DNA of 64,000 nt from Nannocystis sp. GTDB lineage: Bacteria; Myxococcota_A; Polyangia; Nannocystales; Nannocystaceae. The stretch lies in NCBI RefSeq assembly GCF_016717175.1, contig NZ_JADKFZ010000003.1; one strand, given 5' to 3'. A program made the position numbers and the translations under genes. Within the stretch, counting starts at the first letter, position 1. Every line of letters begins with the position of its first letter. The notes under the pieces are model-generated. The model was not told where the DNA came from. It did not search any database and worked only from the letters and a program-made list of their open reading frames with translations. This document shows positions 27,417-36,972 of this stretch, piece after piece.

Positions 27417-28970
27417 TCAGCGCGGCGTGACGTCGAGGGAGATGCCGTCGCGGCGGGGGTCGCCGGCGCCCGCGAGGCGGCCGTCCGGGGCGCGCGTCAC
27501 GGTGTGGCAGCCGCCGAAGTACATGTTGCGGCCCTCCCACGCGATGACGCGCTCGAACAGGGCTGCGAGCCCGGCCGGCGCGGCGTCGGGGAAGCCGCCC
27601 TCGAGGTTGAGCTGGCCGGCGTCGGCGTGCATGCGCGGGGCGGCGACGGCCTCGGCGATCGGCATGGCGAAGTCGACGAGGTTGCTGATCACCTGGAGGA
27701 TGGCGCTGCGGATCCGCTTCGAGCCGCCGCTGCCGGTGACGGCGAACCAGCCGTCGTCGCGGGCGATCGCGGTGGGGGCCATCATCGAGGAGAGCCGGAC
27801 GTCCTGCGGCCAGGCGTGCGGGCCGGCGGGGTTCACGTCGTCCTCGCCGAGCATGTTGTTGAGCATCACGCCGGTGCCGGGGATCAGCGAGCCGCAGCCC
27901 TCGCCGTTGGACAGGGTGACCGCGGCGGCGTTGCCCTCGCGGTCGATCACGCTGATGTGGGTGGTGCCGCGGTGGGCCGTGCGGGCCGCGGCGAGCTCGC
28001 GCAGGAGCGCCTCGCCGTGCGCGCCGAGCACCGCCTGGCTGAGCAGGGCGTCGAGGTTGCTGTGGGCGGCGCGGGCGTCGACGGTGCGGGCGAGCACGCG
28101 GGCGAGCAGGGCCAGGTGCTCGCCTGACCCGAAGGACAGGTCGTGCATGGGCACGCGGGCGAGCAGGCCGAGGCCGAAGGCGATCAACGTGCCGCCGGCG
28201 GAGGGCGGCGGGTTGGTGATGAGGGTGGCGTCGCGGTAGCGCAGGGTCAGCGGCTCGCGGACGCGGACGCGGTAGCTGGCGAGGTCGTCGCGGGTGATGT
28301 GGCCGCCGCGGGCGCGGCACTGCTCGACGATCGCGGCCGCGACCTCGCCCTCGTAGAACAGGCGCTCGCCGTCGCGGCCGAGCTGCTCGAACAGGTCGCC
28401 GAGCTCGGGGTTTCGCATGTGGTCGCCGCAGTTGCGCGAGCCGCCGTCGGGGTTGCCGAACAGCGCGCGGGCGTCGGGCTCGCCGAGGTAGATCGGCGCG
28501 ACCAGGGTCATGAGATAGGCCTGGAAGGGCGTGACGGCGACGCCCTCGTGGGCCGCGCGGACGGCCGGCGCGAGGACCTGCGGCATCGCCAGGCGCCCGA
28601 GCGCGGCGTGCACGGCGAACAGGCCGCGCACGAGCCCGGGGGTGGCGGCGGTGCCGATGCCGATCTGAAACTCCTGCTGGGTGGTGCCCCAGTCGGTGAC
28701 GATCGGGTGGGCGCTGGACTCGGCCTCGGGTCGACGCACGCGCGGGGTGTGGACGAAGAAGTCGAACACGCGGGCGGGTCCCTCGGCCGGGCGCGCGAGC
28801 AGGAAACCACCGCCGCCGGGCGAGGCGAGCACCGACTCGGCGACGCAGGCGGCGGCGACGGCCGCGAGCGCGGCGTCGAAGGCGTTGCCGCCGGCGCGCA
28901 GGACACAGGCGGCGGCCTCGGCGGTGACGGGGTGGCCGGCGGCGACGCAGCCGTGGATGTCAGGGGTCAT
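27417..28970 (-). CDS. ggt: gamma-glutamyltransferase family protein
   Basis: TTHISVIDREGNAAAVTLSNGEGCGS contains the catalytic Thr. GVMLNNMLGEDD is also present. GGAGAG sits upstream of the ATG at 28970. Confidence 0.8.
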   Translation of the reverse strand: MTPDIHGCVAAGHPVTAEAAACVLRAGGNAFDAALAAVAAACVAESVLASPGGGGFLLARPAEGPARVFDFFVHTPRVRRPEAESSAHPIVTDWGTTQQEFQIGIGTAATPGLVRGLFAVHAALGRLAMPQVLAPAVRAAHEGVAVTPFQAYLMTLVAPIYLGEPDARALFGNPDGGSRNCGDHMRNPELGDLFEQLGRDGERLFYEGEVAAAIVEQCRARGGHITRDDLASYRVRVREPLTLRYRDATLITNPPPSAGGTLIAFGLGLLARVPMHDLSFGSGEHLALLARVLARTVDARAAHSNLDALLSQAVLGAHGEALLRELAAARTAHRGTTHISVIDREGNAAAVTLSNGEGCGSLIPGTGVMLNNMLGEDDVNPAGPHAWPQDVRLSSMMAPTAIARDDGWFAVTGSGGSKRIRSAILQVISNLVDFAMPIAEAVAAPRMHADAGQLNLEGGFPDAAPAGLAALFERVIAWEGRNMYFGGCHTVTRAPDGRLAGAGDPRRDGISLDVTPR

Positions 28971-29135
28971 GACGAGCACTCTCCTGGAGGCTTTGGCGCG
29001 AGCCGACATTGCCTGCCTTGCTGCGCGTCCTGATGGTCATCCAAGCTGCGCCACGGCTCGCGGCTTATACCGCGGTGGCGGCGGGGTAGCCAGGGCTTGG
29101 CGGGTCTGCGGGCGGTCGCTATCCTCGCGGCCGCA

Positions 29136-30053
29136 ATGACGGAGCGACACACCCATCCTGCGTCGCCGGAGGCTCGCGCGGAGCTCGTGCTCGGCGTGGT
29201 CGGCGGCTCGGGGCTGTACGAGATCGACGGGCTGCAGGCGGCGCGGCAGGTGGAGGTGGAGACGCCCTTCGGTCGGCCGTCGGACGCGTACACGCTGGGC
29301 GAGCTGGCGCGCGAGGGGGCGCCGCCGCTGCGCGCGGTGTTCCTGCCGCGGCACGGTCGCGGGCACGTGCTCACGCCGTCGGAGATCAACTACCGGGCCA
29401 ACATCCACGGGTTCAAGCAGCTCGGCGTGACCCACCTGCTGAGCGTGTCGGCGGTCGGATCGTTGCGTGAGCACATCGCCCCGGGGCACGTGGTGGCGCC
29501 CGATCAATTCATTGATCGCAGCACGCAGCGGATCGCCACCTTCTTCGGGAACGGTGTGGTAGCACACGTGCAGATGGGTGACCCGGTGGACGCGCAGCTG
29601 CGTGCGCGGGTGGTCGCGGCGGCGCGGGCCGAGGGGGCCACGGTGCACGACGGTGGGACCTGCGTCGTGATGGAGGGGCCGGCCTTCAGCACGCGCGCCG
29701 AGTCGGAGCTGTATCGCAGCTGGGGCGCCAGCGTGATCGGCATGACGGCGCTGCCCGAGGCGAAGCTGGCCCGCGAGGCGGAGATCGCCTACGCGATGCT
29801 GGCGCTCAGCACCGATTACGACTGCTGGCATGTCAGTGAGGCGGAGGTATCGGTGGCCGACGTGATCGCGGTGCTGCAACGCAACGTCGCGCTGTCGCGG
29901 CGGATCATCCGGGCCCTCGCGCTGGCGCTGCCGGCCCGCTGCGCCGAGCTGCCGTATCCGCGGGCGCTCGCGCATGCCATCATCACCGCGCCCGAACGGG
30001 TGCCCGCGGCCACGCGGGCCCGCCTCGACCTGATCCTCGGTCATTACCTCTGA
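29136..30053 (+). CDS. mtnP: S-methyl-5'-thioadenosine phosphorylase
   Basis: GVVGGSGLY, RHGRGHVLTPSEINYRANI and LSVSAVGSL are PNP family-2/MTAP signatures. Confidence 0.8.
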   Translation: MTERHTHPASPEARAELVLGVVGGSGLYEIDGLQAARQVEVETPFGRPSDAYTLGELAREGAPPLRAVFLPRHGRGHVLTPSEINYRANIHGFKQLGVTHLLSVSAVGSLREHIAPGHVVAPDQFIDRSTQRIATFFGNGVVAHVQMGDPVDAQLRARVVAAARAEGATVHDGGTCVVMEGPAFSTRAESELYRSWGASVIGMTALPEAKLAREAEIAYAMLALSTDYDCWHVSEAEVSVADVIAVLQRNVALSRRIIRALALALPARCAELPYPRALAHAIITAPERVPAATRARLDLILGHYL

Positions 30054-30080
30054 ACCGCCTAGCCCCCCAGCCTCGCTCGC

Positions 30081-31025
30081 ATGCACAGCTCCAATCCCCA
30101 CCTGCTCGTCGTCGGTAGCGTCGCCATCGACTGGATCATCACCCCCCACGCCGAGCGCGAGGAGAGCGTCGGCGGGTCCGCGACCTTCTTCGCGATGGCG
30201 GCCTCGTACCTGTCGCGCGTGCGCCTGGTCGGGGTGGTCGGCGGGGACTTCCCGCAGGCGGCGATCGGCGATCTGCGCGATCGCGGGGTCGACCTCACCG
30301 GCCTCGAGGTGATCGCCGACGGCAAGACCTTCCGCTGGAAGGGCCGCTACCACGAGAACATGAACGATCGCACGACGCTGGCGACCGACCTCAACGTGTT
30401 CGAGAGCTTCACGCCGAAGCTGCCGCCGGAGTTTCGCGGCAGCGACTTCCTGTTCCTGGCCAACATCCAGCCGAAGCTGCAGGAGCAGGTGTTCACGCAG
30501 ATGCAGCGGCCGCGCCTGGTCGGGCTCGACACCATGAACCTGTGGATCTCGATCGCCAACGAGGAGCTGCGCTCGGTGCTGCGTCACGTCGACGTGCTGA
30601 CGCTCAACGACGAGGAGGCGCGCCAGCTGAGCGGCGAGCACAACCTGGTCAAGGCGGCGCGCGGGGTCCAGCGGCTCGGGCCGAAGAACCTGGTGATCAA
30701 GCGCGGCGAGAGCGGGGCGCTGCTGTTCGACCACGAGGGGCACGTGTTCGCCGCGCCGGCGCTGCCGCTCGAGGAGGTCATCGATCCGACGGGCGCGGGC
30801 GACAGCTTCGCGGGCGGCTTCATGGGCTACCTGGCGCGCCCGGGCGTCGAGCCCACGGGGGCCAGCCTGCGCACGGCGATGATCTACGGGTCGGTGATGG
30901 CGAGCTTCTGCGTCGAGGGCTTCTCCTACGACCGCCTGCGCCAGCTCGACACCGCGAGCATCCAGCACCGCTTCGAGGCGTTCTCGTCGCTGACGAACTT
31001 CGCGCGGGCCAACCTGTTGGATTGA
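30081..31025 (+). CDS. PfkB family carbohydrate kinase
   Basis: DPTGAGDSFAGGF anion-hole motif and a ribokinase-like fold. Confidence 0.75.
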   Translation: MHSSNPHLLVVGSVAIDWIITPHAEREESVGGSATFFAMAASYLSRVRLVGVVGGDFPQAAIGDLRDRGVDLTGLEVIADGKTFRWKGRYHENMNDRTTLATDLNVFESFTPKLPPEFRGSDFLFLANIQPKLQEQVFTQMQRPRLVGLDTMNLWISIANEELRSVLRHVDVLTLNDEEARQLSGEHNLVKAARGVQRLGPKNLVIKRGESGALLFDHEGHVFAAPALPLEEVIDPTGAGDSFAGGFMGYLARPGVEPTGASLRTAMIYGSVMASFCVEGFSYDRLRQLDTASIQHRFEAFSSLTNFARANLLD

Positions 31026-31040
31026 GGGCTCGCTCGGGGC

Positions 31041-31979
31041 TCAGTACTCGTAGCCGAGCTGGTAGTTGACGCAGCTCGCGGGGGGGTCGGCGGGGAGATC
31101 GGGGTCGCGGCGGACCTCGATCCACACGCTCGCGTCCTCGTCGAGGCCCTTGCAGTCGAGGTAGGGCTGGAAGCTGCCGAAGCCGCAGCAGCCCTGCTGG
31201 CCGAGCGGGGCGTTGTCGGCGACGCTGTCGCCCGGGCACACGACCTTGGTGCCGGCGTTCTTGCACTGGAAATAGACGCAGACCTGGAGGTCGTCGGGGT
31301 CGCCGACGACGGCGGGCGCGACCTTGCCGAGCACGCTGTCGATCGCGTCGAAGGTGAACCAGTCGACGTCGCCGGGGCTGCCGAGGGCCTCGCACAGGTA
31401 GGTGATGTCGTCGGCGTCGCTCTGCTGCGGCAGGGCGAAGGCCTTGCTCTGGGTCTCGTTGGGTTCGGCGAGGCTCGTGTCCTCGCAGGTCTCGCGCTCG
31501 GCGCAGGGTTGGCAGCTGAGGTCGGCGTGGCAGTAGCCGCCGTCGCAGGGGCTGCCCGGGTCCTGCGGGGTGTTCTCGGGCGCGGCGTCGGGGCTGCAGG
31601 CGTCGACGGTGCAGCTGTTGCCGTCGTCGGGGAGGTCATTGAGGTCGTCGACCGGGGTGGCGCCGCTGTTGCCGTCGCAGACATAGCTGTGGCAGTCGCC
31701 GGGGATGTCGTCGTCGGGCTGGCCGGCGGCGCGGCGGGTGTACACGCAGGCGTCGTCGATGCACTGCACGCGCTCGCACAGCGCGGCCGCGGGGCAGTCG
31801 TCGACGCCGACGCAGTGCGTCGGTTCGCCGGTGGTCGGCACGAAGGTGGCGGCGGTCCCGAAGGTGGCGGCCTCGCTGTCGCCCTCGCTGGCGCCCGCGG
31901 AGGCGCCGTCCAGCAGGCCGCAGGCGGGCAGCAGCAGGAGGGCGAGTGTGGGGACGAGGCGAGGCAGGGTGGCGAGCAT
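31041..31979 (-). CDS. Cys-rich lipoprotein, unknown function
   Basis: Lipobox LLLPAC and many Cys pairs. Confidence 0.6.
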   Translation of the reverse strand: MLATLPRLVPTLALLLLPACGLLDGASAGASEGDSEAATFGTAATFVPTTGEPTHCVGVDDCPAAALCERVQCIDDACVYTRRAAGQPDDDIPGDCHSYVCDGNSGATPVDDLNDLPDDGNSCTVDACSPDAAPENTPQDPGSPCDGGYCHADLSCQPCAERETCEDTSLAEPNETQSKAFALPQQSDADDITYLCEALGSPGDVDWFTFDAIDSVLGKVAPAVVGDPDDLQVCVYFQCKNAGTKVVCPGDSVADNAPLGQQGCCGFGSFQPYLDCKGLDEDASVWIEVRRDPDLPADPPASCVNYQLGYEY

Positions 31980-32028
31980 CCGCGGGGATTATCGCCAGAT
32001 CGGGCGCGGATGCTAAGGTGCCGCGGCG

Positions 32029-33894
32029 GTGCTGCGCGCGGGTCACAGGGGCGAGGCGCATGGCGCGGACGATCCGGATGTGCGCGGGCGCCGGAGCTCG
32101 CTGCGGCGCGCGCTGGCGCTGGTGGGCGTCGGGGTCGCGGCGAAGCTGGTGCTCGTCCTGCTGCGCGCGGCCGATGGGGAGGCGGCCGGGCTGCTCGGTC
32201 CCTGGGCGCCGCCGACCCTGCTGTACCAGGAGCTGTGGCCGGTGATCGGGCTCTACGGGCTCGATCGCGCGCTGCTGTCTCTCGGGACCTGGCTCAAGCG
32301 ACCTGTCCTTGCGGACAGGCTGTGTTGGGGCCTGTACGCGCTGCTGGCGGTGTACACGGCGATCAACGTGCCGATCGCCCGGCAATTCTCGACGCCGCTG
32401 ACCTACGCCTTCATCGAGGCGGCCGGGGGGGCGCTGCGCGACTCGATCACGGCGTACGCGACGGCGAGCAACGTGGCGGCGCTGCTCGGGCTGCTGGCGC
32501 TGGTGCTGGTGGCTCCGCGGATCGTGCGGGCGCCGCGACGGCCCGTGGCGGCGGTCGTGGTCGGGGTGCTGGTGCTGGTGTTGGGGCCGATCGGGGCGCG
32601 GCGCAGCGAGACTCTCGGGCTGCATCGCGGGGCGGTGGCGACGTTGCTCCGGACCTCCTGGGCGCGCCTGGGGCCGCGTTCGGCGGCGCCCCGGGACGGC
32701 GCGGCGGCGGCCATCGAGCTGCCGCCCGAGGGGCCGGGGCTCGAGCTCTCGCACCTGTCAGGTGCGGCCCGCGGCTACCACGTGATCTGGGTGATCCTCG
32801 AGTCGACCGGGGCGCGGCACCTGCCAGCCTACGGCGCGGCGATCGACGCGATGCCGCGGCTCGGCGAGCTGGCGCGCACGGGCCTGGTGTTCGAGCGCAT
32901 GTACACGAGCTATCCGGAGAGCATCAAGAGCCTGCTGCCGATCCTTTGCGGGGCCGCTCCGGCGCCGTACAGCGCGGCGAGTGACTACGCGGCCGGGCTT
33001 GCGCCTTGCGCCGCGCTGCCGGCGACGCTGGCGGCGGCGGGCTATCGCACCGGGCTGTTTCACTCGGGGCGCTTCATGTATCTCGGGATGCAGGCGATGG
33101 TGGAGGGGCGGGGCTTCGACGTGCTGGCCGACGCGGCGGAGATCGGCGGACCGTATGCGGCGAGCTTCGGCACCGACGATCGCTCGACCGCGCGGCGGGT
33201 GCTTGGGTTCATCGACGAGCGCGGCGAGCGGCCGGTGTTTGCGCTGTACATGCCGATCGCGGGGCACCACCCGTACCGCTCGCCGGGCGCGGGGACGCGG
33301 CCGTTCCCGGCGCACACGGAGGCGGAGCACCATCGCAATGACCTGCACGTCGGCGACGAGGCGCTCGGCGAATTGATCGACGGGGTGCGCGCGCGCGGGC
33401 TGATGGATCGGACGCTGTGGATCGTGATGGGCGACCACGGCGAGGCGTTCCACGAGCACCCGGGGAACTTCGCCCACTCGCTGTTCGTGTACGAGGAGAA
33501 CGTGCACATCCCGGTGATCATCGTGGTGCCGGGGGCGCTGCGGCAGGCGTTGCGGGTGCCGCAGGTCGGCGGGACGATCGACCTGGCGCCGACGCTGCAG
33601 GACCTGCTCGGCCTGCCGCAGACCGGCGTCGGGCGATCGCTGCTGCGCGGCGAGCCGGGGGTGGCCCGCTTCTTCACCGATCACAGCACGCTGCTGCTCG
33701 GGCTGCGGCAAGATCGCTGGAAGTGCATCGTCGAGCCGGAGGCCGGGCGCACGCGGCTGTTCGACCTCGAGGCGGATCCTGGCGAGACGGTCGACCTCGC
33801 GGGACAGGAGCCGGCCCGCAGCGAACGCTACCGCGAGGCGCTGATGGCCTGGTCGGCGCAGCAGTCGGCGCGGCTCGGCACCCACCTGCGTTGA
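32029..33894 (+). CDS. LTA synthase/sulfatase-family (alkaline phosphatase superfamily) membrane transferase
   Basis: N-terminal multi-TM region, then a sulfatase-like domain (HVIWVILESTGARH, MGDHGEAFHEHPG). The start is uncertain. Confidence 0.7.
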   Translation: MLRAGHRGEAHGADDPDVRGRRSSLRRALALVGVGVAAKLVLVLLRAADGEAAGLLGPWAPPTLLYQELWPVIGLYGLDRALLSLGTWLKRPVLADRLCWGLYALLAVYTAINVPIARQFSTPLTYAFIEAAGGALRDSITAYATASNVAALLGLLALVLVAPRIVRAPRRPVAAVVVGVLVLVLGPIGARRSETLGLHRGAVATLLRTSWARLGPRSAAPRDGAAAAIELPPEGPGLELSHLSGAARGYHVIWVILESTGARHLPAYGAAIDAMPRLGELARTGLVFERMYTSYPESIKSLLPILCGAAPAPYSAASDYAAGLAPCAALPATLAAAGYRTGLFHSGRFMYLGMQAMVEGRGFDVLADAAEIGGPYAASFGTDDRSTARRVLGFIDERGERPVFALYMPIAGHHPYRSPGAGTRPFPAHTEAEHHRNDLHVGDEALGELIDGVRARGLMDRTLWIVMGDHGEAFHEHPGNFAHSLFVYEENVHIPVIIVVPGALRQALRVPQVGGTIDLAPTLQDLLGLPQTGVGRSLLRGEPGVARFFTDHSTLLLGLRQDRWKCIVEPEAGRTRLFDLEADPGETVDLAGQEPARSERYREALMAWSAQQSARLGTHLR

Positions 33895-33898
33895 GCGA

Positions 33899-34744
33899 TC
33901 ACCACAGGCGCTGGCCCATGCGCAGGTGGGCGCCGAGCGGCGGCGGTAGGCCGGCGAGCGCGGGCGGGACCAGGAGGACCACGGTGGAGCCGAAGCTGAA
34001 GTGGCCGAGCTCCTCGCCGCGGGCGAAGTGGCGGCCCCAGGGCACGGGGTAGGGGCGGACGAAGTCGCGGCGCTCGCGGCCCTGCAGGTGGATGCCGCCG
34101 ATCAGGCTGGCGCCGACCATGACGAGCAGGAACTCGGGGCCGGCGTCGCTGCGACAGCGCAGGGTGACCCGCTCGTTGCGCTCGTAGATCCGCGGGATGT
34201 GGCGCAGGGCGTCCTGGTTCTGCGGGAAGGCGCGGCCGGAGATCCAGCGCAGATCGACGACGGTGCCGGCGAGCGGCATGTGCACGTAGTGGTAGCCGTG
34301 CGGGGTGAGGAAGATGGTGGTGTAGCGGCCGCCCTCGTAGTCGGCGAGCGGCAGCACCGGGCCGCGGCCGCTGGTGAGGCGGGCGAGCGACAGCGGGACG
34401 CCCTTGATCTGGAGGATCGCGGCCTCGGCGATCGGTCCGGCGCCGACCACCACGCCGTCGACGGGGGCGATGAAGCCGTCGCCGATCGGGCGCGCGCCGG
34501 GTCGGAGGCGGCGCAGGAAGAAGGACTCGAGGCTGGCGAAGGGGCCGGGGAGGTAGTCGTCCATGCGGATCGCGGCGCGCTCGGTCCAGCGACGCACGGC
34601 GAGGTCGATCGCCCAGCGCGGCCGCGTGGCCCGGGCGAGCGCGCGGCTGAGGCGGCCGAGCAGGCCGTGCGGCAAGTAGCGATAGAGGCGCAGGAACGTG
34701 GCGCTGCGGTGCAGACGGAGCGTCCCGGGCCGGTGCCAGCGCAT
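33899..34744 (-). CDS. psd: phosphatidylserine decarboxylase
   Basis: FGSTV pyruvoyl-forming site plus conserved PSD blocks (FLTPHGYHYVHMP). Confidence 0.75.
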   Translation of the reverse strand: MRWHRPGTLRLHRSATFLRLYRYLPHGLLGRLSRALARATRPRWAIDLAVRRWTERAAIRMDDYLPGPFASLESFFLRRLRPGARPIGDGFIAPVDGVVVGAGPIAEAAILQIKGVPLSLARLTSGRGPVLPLADYEGGRYTTIFLTPHGYHYVHMPLAGTVVDLRWISGRAFPQNQDALRHIPRIYERNERVTLRCRSDAGPEFLLVMVGASLIGGIHLQGRERRDFVRPYPVPWGRHFARGEELGHFSFGSTVVLLVPPALAGLPPPLGAHLRMGQRLW

Positions 34745-34818
34745 CCCTCGAGGGTAACACCGGGCGCCCGAGGAATACACGCTGTGGGCCCGCGGTAGCG
34801 CTCGCGGAGGGTGTCACG

Positions 34819-35691
34819 ATGGAGCTCGTGGGTCTCGGCGCGGCCGCGGGTCTGTGCCTGTGCACGATCTGGCTGGCGCCGGCGCAGGAGCTGCGCGCGG
34901 GCGAGGCGGCGCAGGCCAGGGTGAGCCAGGCGGCGGCGGCGAGTGAGCGTGTCGTGCCTGCGCCGCGGGTGTCGGCCGGGCTCATGCTGCGTGAGGATCG
35001 ATCGCCGGACACGGGTCCGAAGCTGCGGTCGATCGGCGGCGGGCGGCTCGTGCACGAGGACGGTCGCTTCACCGCGACGATCGCGGCCGACGGCAGCGTC
35101 CGGTTCAAGGATGTGTGGGTCAAGCCGAAGGTCGTGGTCGTGGGTCTCGATGTCCTGAGTGGCAAGGCGGACGAGTCGCAGCCGCGCGACGCGTTCGCGG
35201 AGCGGGCGGTGTACCCCTTTGGTCCGTCGACGGCGGCGATGCTCGGCGGCGGCGGCGGGGTGCCGGGGCTGGCGGACATGCTGATCGGGACGCGGCACGC
35301 GGCCGCGAAGACCCGCTTCCTGCGCGCGACCGAGGCGCTGCGCATGCGGATGGCGTACGCGTGGCTGCGGCAGCAGCTGGAGGCGCAGCTCGGCGAGCTG
35401 GTGCCGCGCATGCTGGCGATCTGGCACGACCGGTCGCTCGCGCTGGCGGAGCGGCGGCGGCGGATCTTCGTCGCGTGGGACGAGTGCGCCGAGGCGAGCG
35501 CGAGCCCGGGCTCGCCCGCGGAGGCGCTGCGCGGGGAGGCGGCGATGCAGGCCCGCGATCGCATCGAGCGGCTGGTGCGGACGATCGCCCCGTCCGGATC
35601 GCCGCAGCAGTTCACGCCGGCCGAGCTGGAAGCGCTGAACGCGGGGCGTCGCAGTCGGCGGCGCTTCGAGCCGTACGCGGCGGGGCCGTGA
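34819..35691 (+). CDS. hypothetical secreted protein
   Basis: Signal-like N-terminus. No recognisable domain. Confidence 0.45.
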   Translation: MELVGLGAAAGLCLCTIWLAPAQELRAGEAAQARVSQAAAASERVVPAPRVSAGLMLREDRSPDTGPKLRSIGGGRLVHEDGRFTATIAADGSVRFKDVWVKPKVVVVGLDVLSGKADESQPRDAFAERAVYPFGPSTAAMLGGGGGVPGLADMLIGTRHAAAKTRFLRATEALRMRMAYAWLRQQLEAQLGELVPRMLAIWHDRSLALAERRRRIFVAWDECAEASASPGSPAEALRGEAAMQARDRIERLVRTIAPSGSPQQFTPAELEALNAGRRSRRRFEPYAAGP

Positions 35692-35706
35692 GGGCCGGGC
35701 CAGTGA

Positions 35707-36969
35707 TCAGATCGCTGGTGTCGAGGTGCCGCGCGGGTGCACGAGGTTCAGGCGCTTGAGCAGCGGCCAGGAGACGACGACGCCGGGGCCGCGGCGGCGC
35801 CACAGCCAGTCGTGGACCAGGCGCGGCGGGCCGGCGGCGCTGTAGACCGCGGCCCGGTCGCCGACCAGGGCGAGCGGGACGATCACGAGGTCGTGGGTCT
35901 GCGGCGCGCGCGGGTCCCAGATCGCGTGCACGAGCTCGACCTCGGGGTGGCCGGCGGCGGCCAGGTGGGCGCGGGCGCGGGCGAGGTGGCCGGCGTCGGC
36001 GTCGACGATCGTGACGCGGGCGGCTGGCCACACGCGGGCCAGGGCGAGGGCGGTGCGCGGGAACAGGCCGCCGCCGATGACGGCGATTCGGACGGGCCTT
36101 CGGGACAGGTCGGATGGGACATGTCCTGAGGGACATGTCGCGGGATCGTGCGACAGGTCGGAGGGGACATGTCCCGGGAGACAGGTGGCGAGCTCGGGCA
36201 TCAGCCGCGCGAGGGCGCGGGCGTGGCTGGCGACCAGGCGGGCTTGCAGGCGCGGGCTGCGGAGGGCGAGGCGCTCGAGGCCGCCGAGGCCGCGGGCGAG
36301 GGCGCTGGCGAGGGCGAGGTGCAGGCCGCGGAGCACCGGGGGCCAGGGGCTGCGCGGGGCGTCGGCGAGGCGGCGGGCGGGGAGGGCGGTCCAGTGGGCG
36401 CCGGGCCAGCGGTGGTGCTCGGCGTGGAGGCCGTCGTTGAGCCACAGGAGGTTGTAGAGGCGGCCGTCGTGGGAGACGCCGCCGCGAGCGGCGAAGGGGT
36501 GCTCGCCCAGGCCCTGGAGCTGGCACAGGCCGAGGCCGAGGAGGAAGCCGGGGAGGTAGACGAGGAGCAGGAAGCGGGGGGCGAGGACGGCGAGGGCGAG
36601 CCAGAGGTGGGCGACGGCGGCGAGCTCGAGGCTGCCCTGGAGGCCGAGGCGGAGCGGGCCGGGGGCCTCGCCGCGGTGGTGGGCGAGGTGGCGGGCGCGC
36701 CAGATCGTCTGCGGCACGCCGGTGAGCAGGGACAGGGCCAGCGAGAACAGACGGTTGGGCAGCCGCGCCCGGAACACCGGGGTGTGCAGGTGGATGTGCG
36801 CGGCGGTGTTGGAGACCCACCAGACGACCAGGCCGATCGCACAGGTCGCAAGGGACATGCCCCAGAGGCCATGTCCCGAGAGCCAGACGGTGAGCGGGGC
36901 GAGCAGGGCCAGGAGGGCCGGGAGCGCGACGACCCAGGCGTCGCGCGGGCTGTGGCGCCAGCGCGGCAC
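35707..36969 (-). CDS. fatty-acid desaturase/hydroxylase-like His-box membrane domain fused to a Rossmann-like C-terminal domain
   Basis: His boxes HIHLH, HLAHH and HAEHH. The C-terminal RIAVIGGGLF Rossmann motif is joined via a repeat-encoded linker, CLPGHVPSDLS x2. Confidence 0.55.
   Translation of the reverse strand: MPRWRHSPRDAWVVALPALLALLAPLTVWLSGHGLWGMSLATCAIGLVVWWVSNTAAHIHLHTPVFRARLPNRLFSLALSLLTGVPQTIWRARHLAHHRGEAPGPLRLGLQGSLELAAVAHLWLALAVLAPRFLLLVYLPGFLLGLGLCQLQGLGEHPFAARGGVSHDGRLYNLLWLNDGLHAEHHRWPGAHWTALPARRLADAPRSPWPPVLRGLHLALASALARGLGGLERLALRSPRLQARLVASHARALARLMPELATCLPGHVPSDLSHDPATCPSGHVPSDLSRRPVRIAVIGGGLFPRTALALARVWPAARVTIVDADAGHLARARAHLAAAGHPEVELVHAIWDPRAPQTHDLVIVPLALVGDRAAVYSAAGPPRLVHDWLWRRRGPGVVVSWPLLKRLNLVHPRGTSTPAI
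36101..36190. repeat. tandem ~14-bp GGGACA(T/G)GTC units (42-48-bp duplication) embedded in-frame in coding sequence
   Basis: GGGACAGGTCggatGGGACATGTCCtgaGGGACATGTCgcgg...GGGGACATGTCCCgg. Confidence 0.7.
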
Positions 36970-36972
36970 GGG

